Shown: one piece after another, positions 63,148-64,000 of the stretch
How the letters are laid out: each line of letters begins with the position of its first letter
How positions within the stretch are numbered: position 1 is the stretch's first letter
NCBI GenBank assembly: GCA_051294905.1
Contig: CM119371.1
Coordinates: 27,778,001-27,842,000 of the forward strand
Direction of reading: 5' to 3'
Length of the DNA stretch: 64,000 nt
Source of the DNA: Botryllus schlosseri
Lineage: Eukaryota
Made by a program: the position numbers and the translations under genes
The notes under the pieces: generated by a model
Databases searched by the model: none
Told to the model about the DNA's origin: nothing
What the model saw: only the letters and a program-made list of their open reading frames with translations

Positions 63148-64000
63148 CGCTCAAGTAATTAGTTCGAAAAGGTAGGTTTGATATAAGAGGTCGCATACTT
63201 TTAGTTTAGTGGTCAATCGTAAATGGCTAGGTCCGAGATTGAGACGACGTGTCTTCGCTACTAACCCAAAGGGACAGTTGAAACTACTTTGAAATTTTTG
63301 GGCAATCTTTGAAAATATATTCCGTCGGGGCTTACGAACTCGTAGGCTCCAGTCCCGTTACCGTGATACCACGACTAATTGACCCTGTTCTAATGACAAA
63401 GGCGCTCATGAAACTTATACAATCCGCCCCAAAACTATTTCCTACTATTTAGAATCCAAATTGTGAAAAGTAAGTGAAAATTATCAATTAGAAGTAAAAG
63501 TATTGCAACTAGGGCTGCATTTAACCGAAATAATCTTTTTTGAAAAATGTATTTTAAATAACTAATTTTTTTAACATTTGTGTAATTAAGCAATAATTGT
63601 GTAAATACTTTCGAACACACATATATATTGAGGCTATAAGCCTACGGCAGATTTGCACCCGATAGAGTCAACGTATACAATATGGAATGGTTAGAACCCT
63701 CGTAATTGTCGTCGGTTCAACAGTTATAGAACGTAGATATAGCATATAGAAAGTGTCCTCAGAGGACGCCCAAATGTCCTCTTTTTCGAAAATTTGTCGT
63801 CTCATTTGAAAATTTTGGTGAAATGTACGTGTAAATTGAACCGAGAGACAGGAAATCAGTACTCAAGTAACGGTCCGGTTCAGGTGGGTCTTTCGGGAAT
63901 TGAGCCAGAAAGATTACCTTTTCTTTTAGTCAACACTAAAATATTTAAGAGAAAAGTGGACAATATGGCAGTCAATCAAATCGATAAGATGATGACTTCG

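Overview
Repeat-rich invertebrate nuclear DNA; the taxon cannot be fixed from sequence alone. The left end holds the right terminus of a Polinton/Maverick (adintovirus-like) element: major capsid protein, adenain-type protease and a TIR ending ACTACT at 2286. It appears to lie in an intron of a minus-strand CAP/SCP gene whose first three coding exons (10016-9953, 7077-6906, 3244-3100) I reconstructed by hand. Other host genes are an intronless PPPDE/DeSI-like peptidase (27504-28061), an intronless BTB + tandem BACK protein without kelch repeats (32775-31264), and three exons of a divergent GT7 glycosyltransferase (57303-62275, incomplete). The rest is dense with hAT-type MITEs (8-bp TSDs, often nested), tRNA-derived SINEs, LINE tails and Penelope-like elements. 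Main highlights: (1) a young Penelope insertion (34321-36353) carrying an unspliced fragment (intron, acceptor, 50-codon exon) of a host NHL-repeat gene; (2) Penelope pLTR hammerhead ribozyme motifs with a predicted pseudoknot and covarying bases; (3) three SINE types sharing a covarying structured central domain. All calls come from manual reading; no database search was run.
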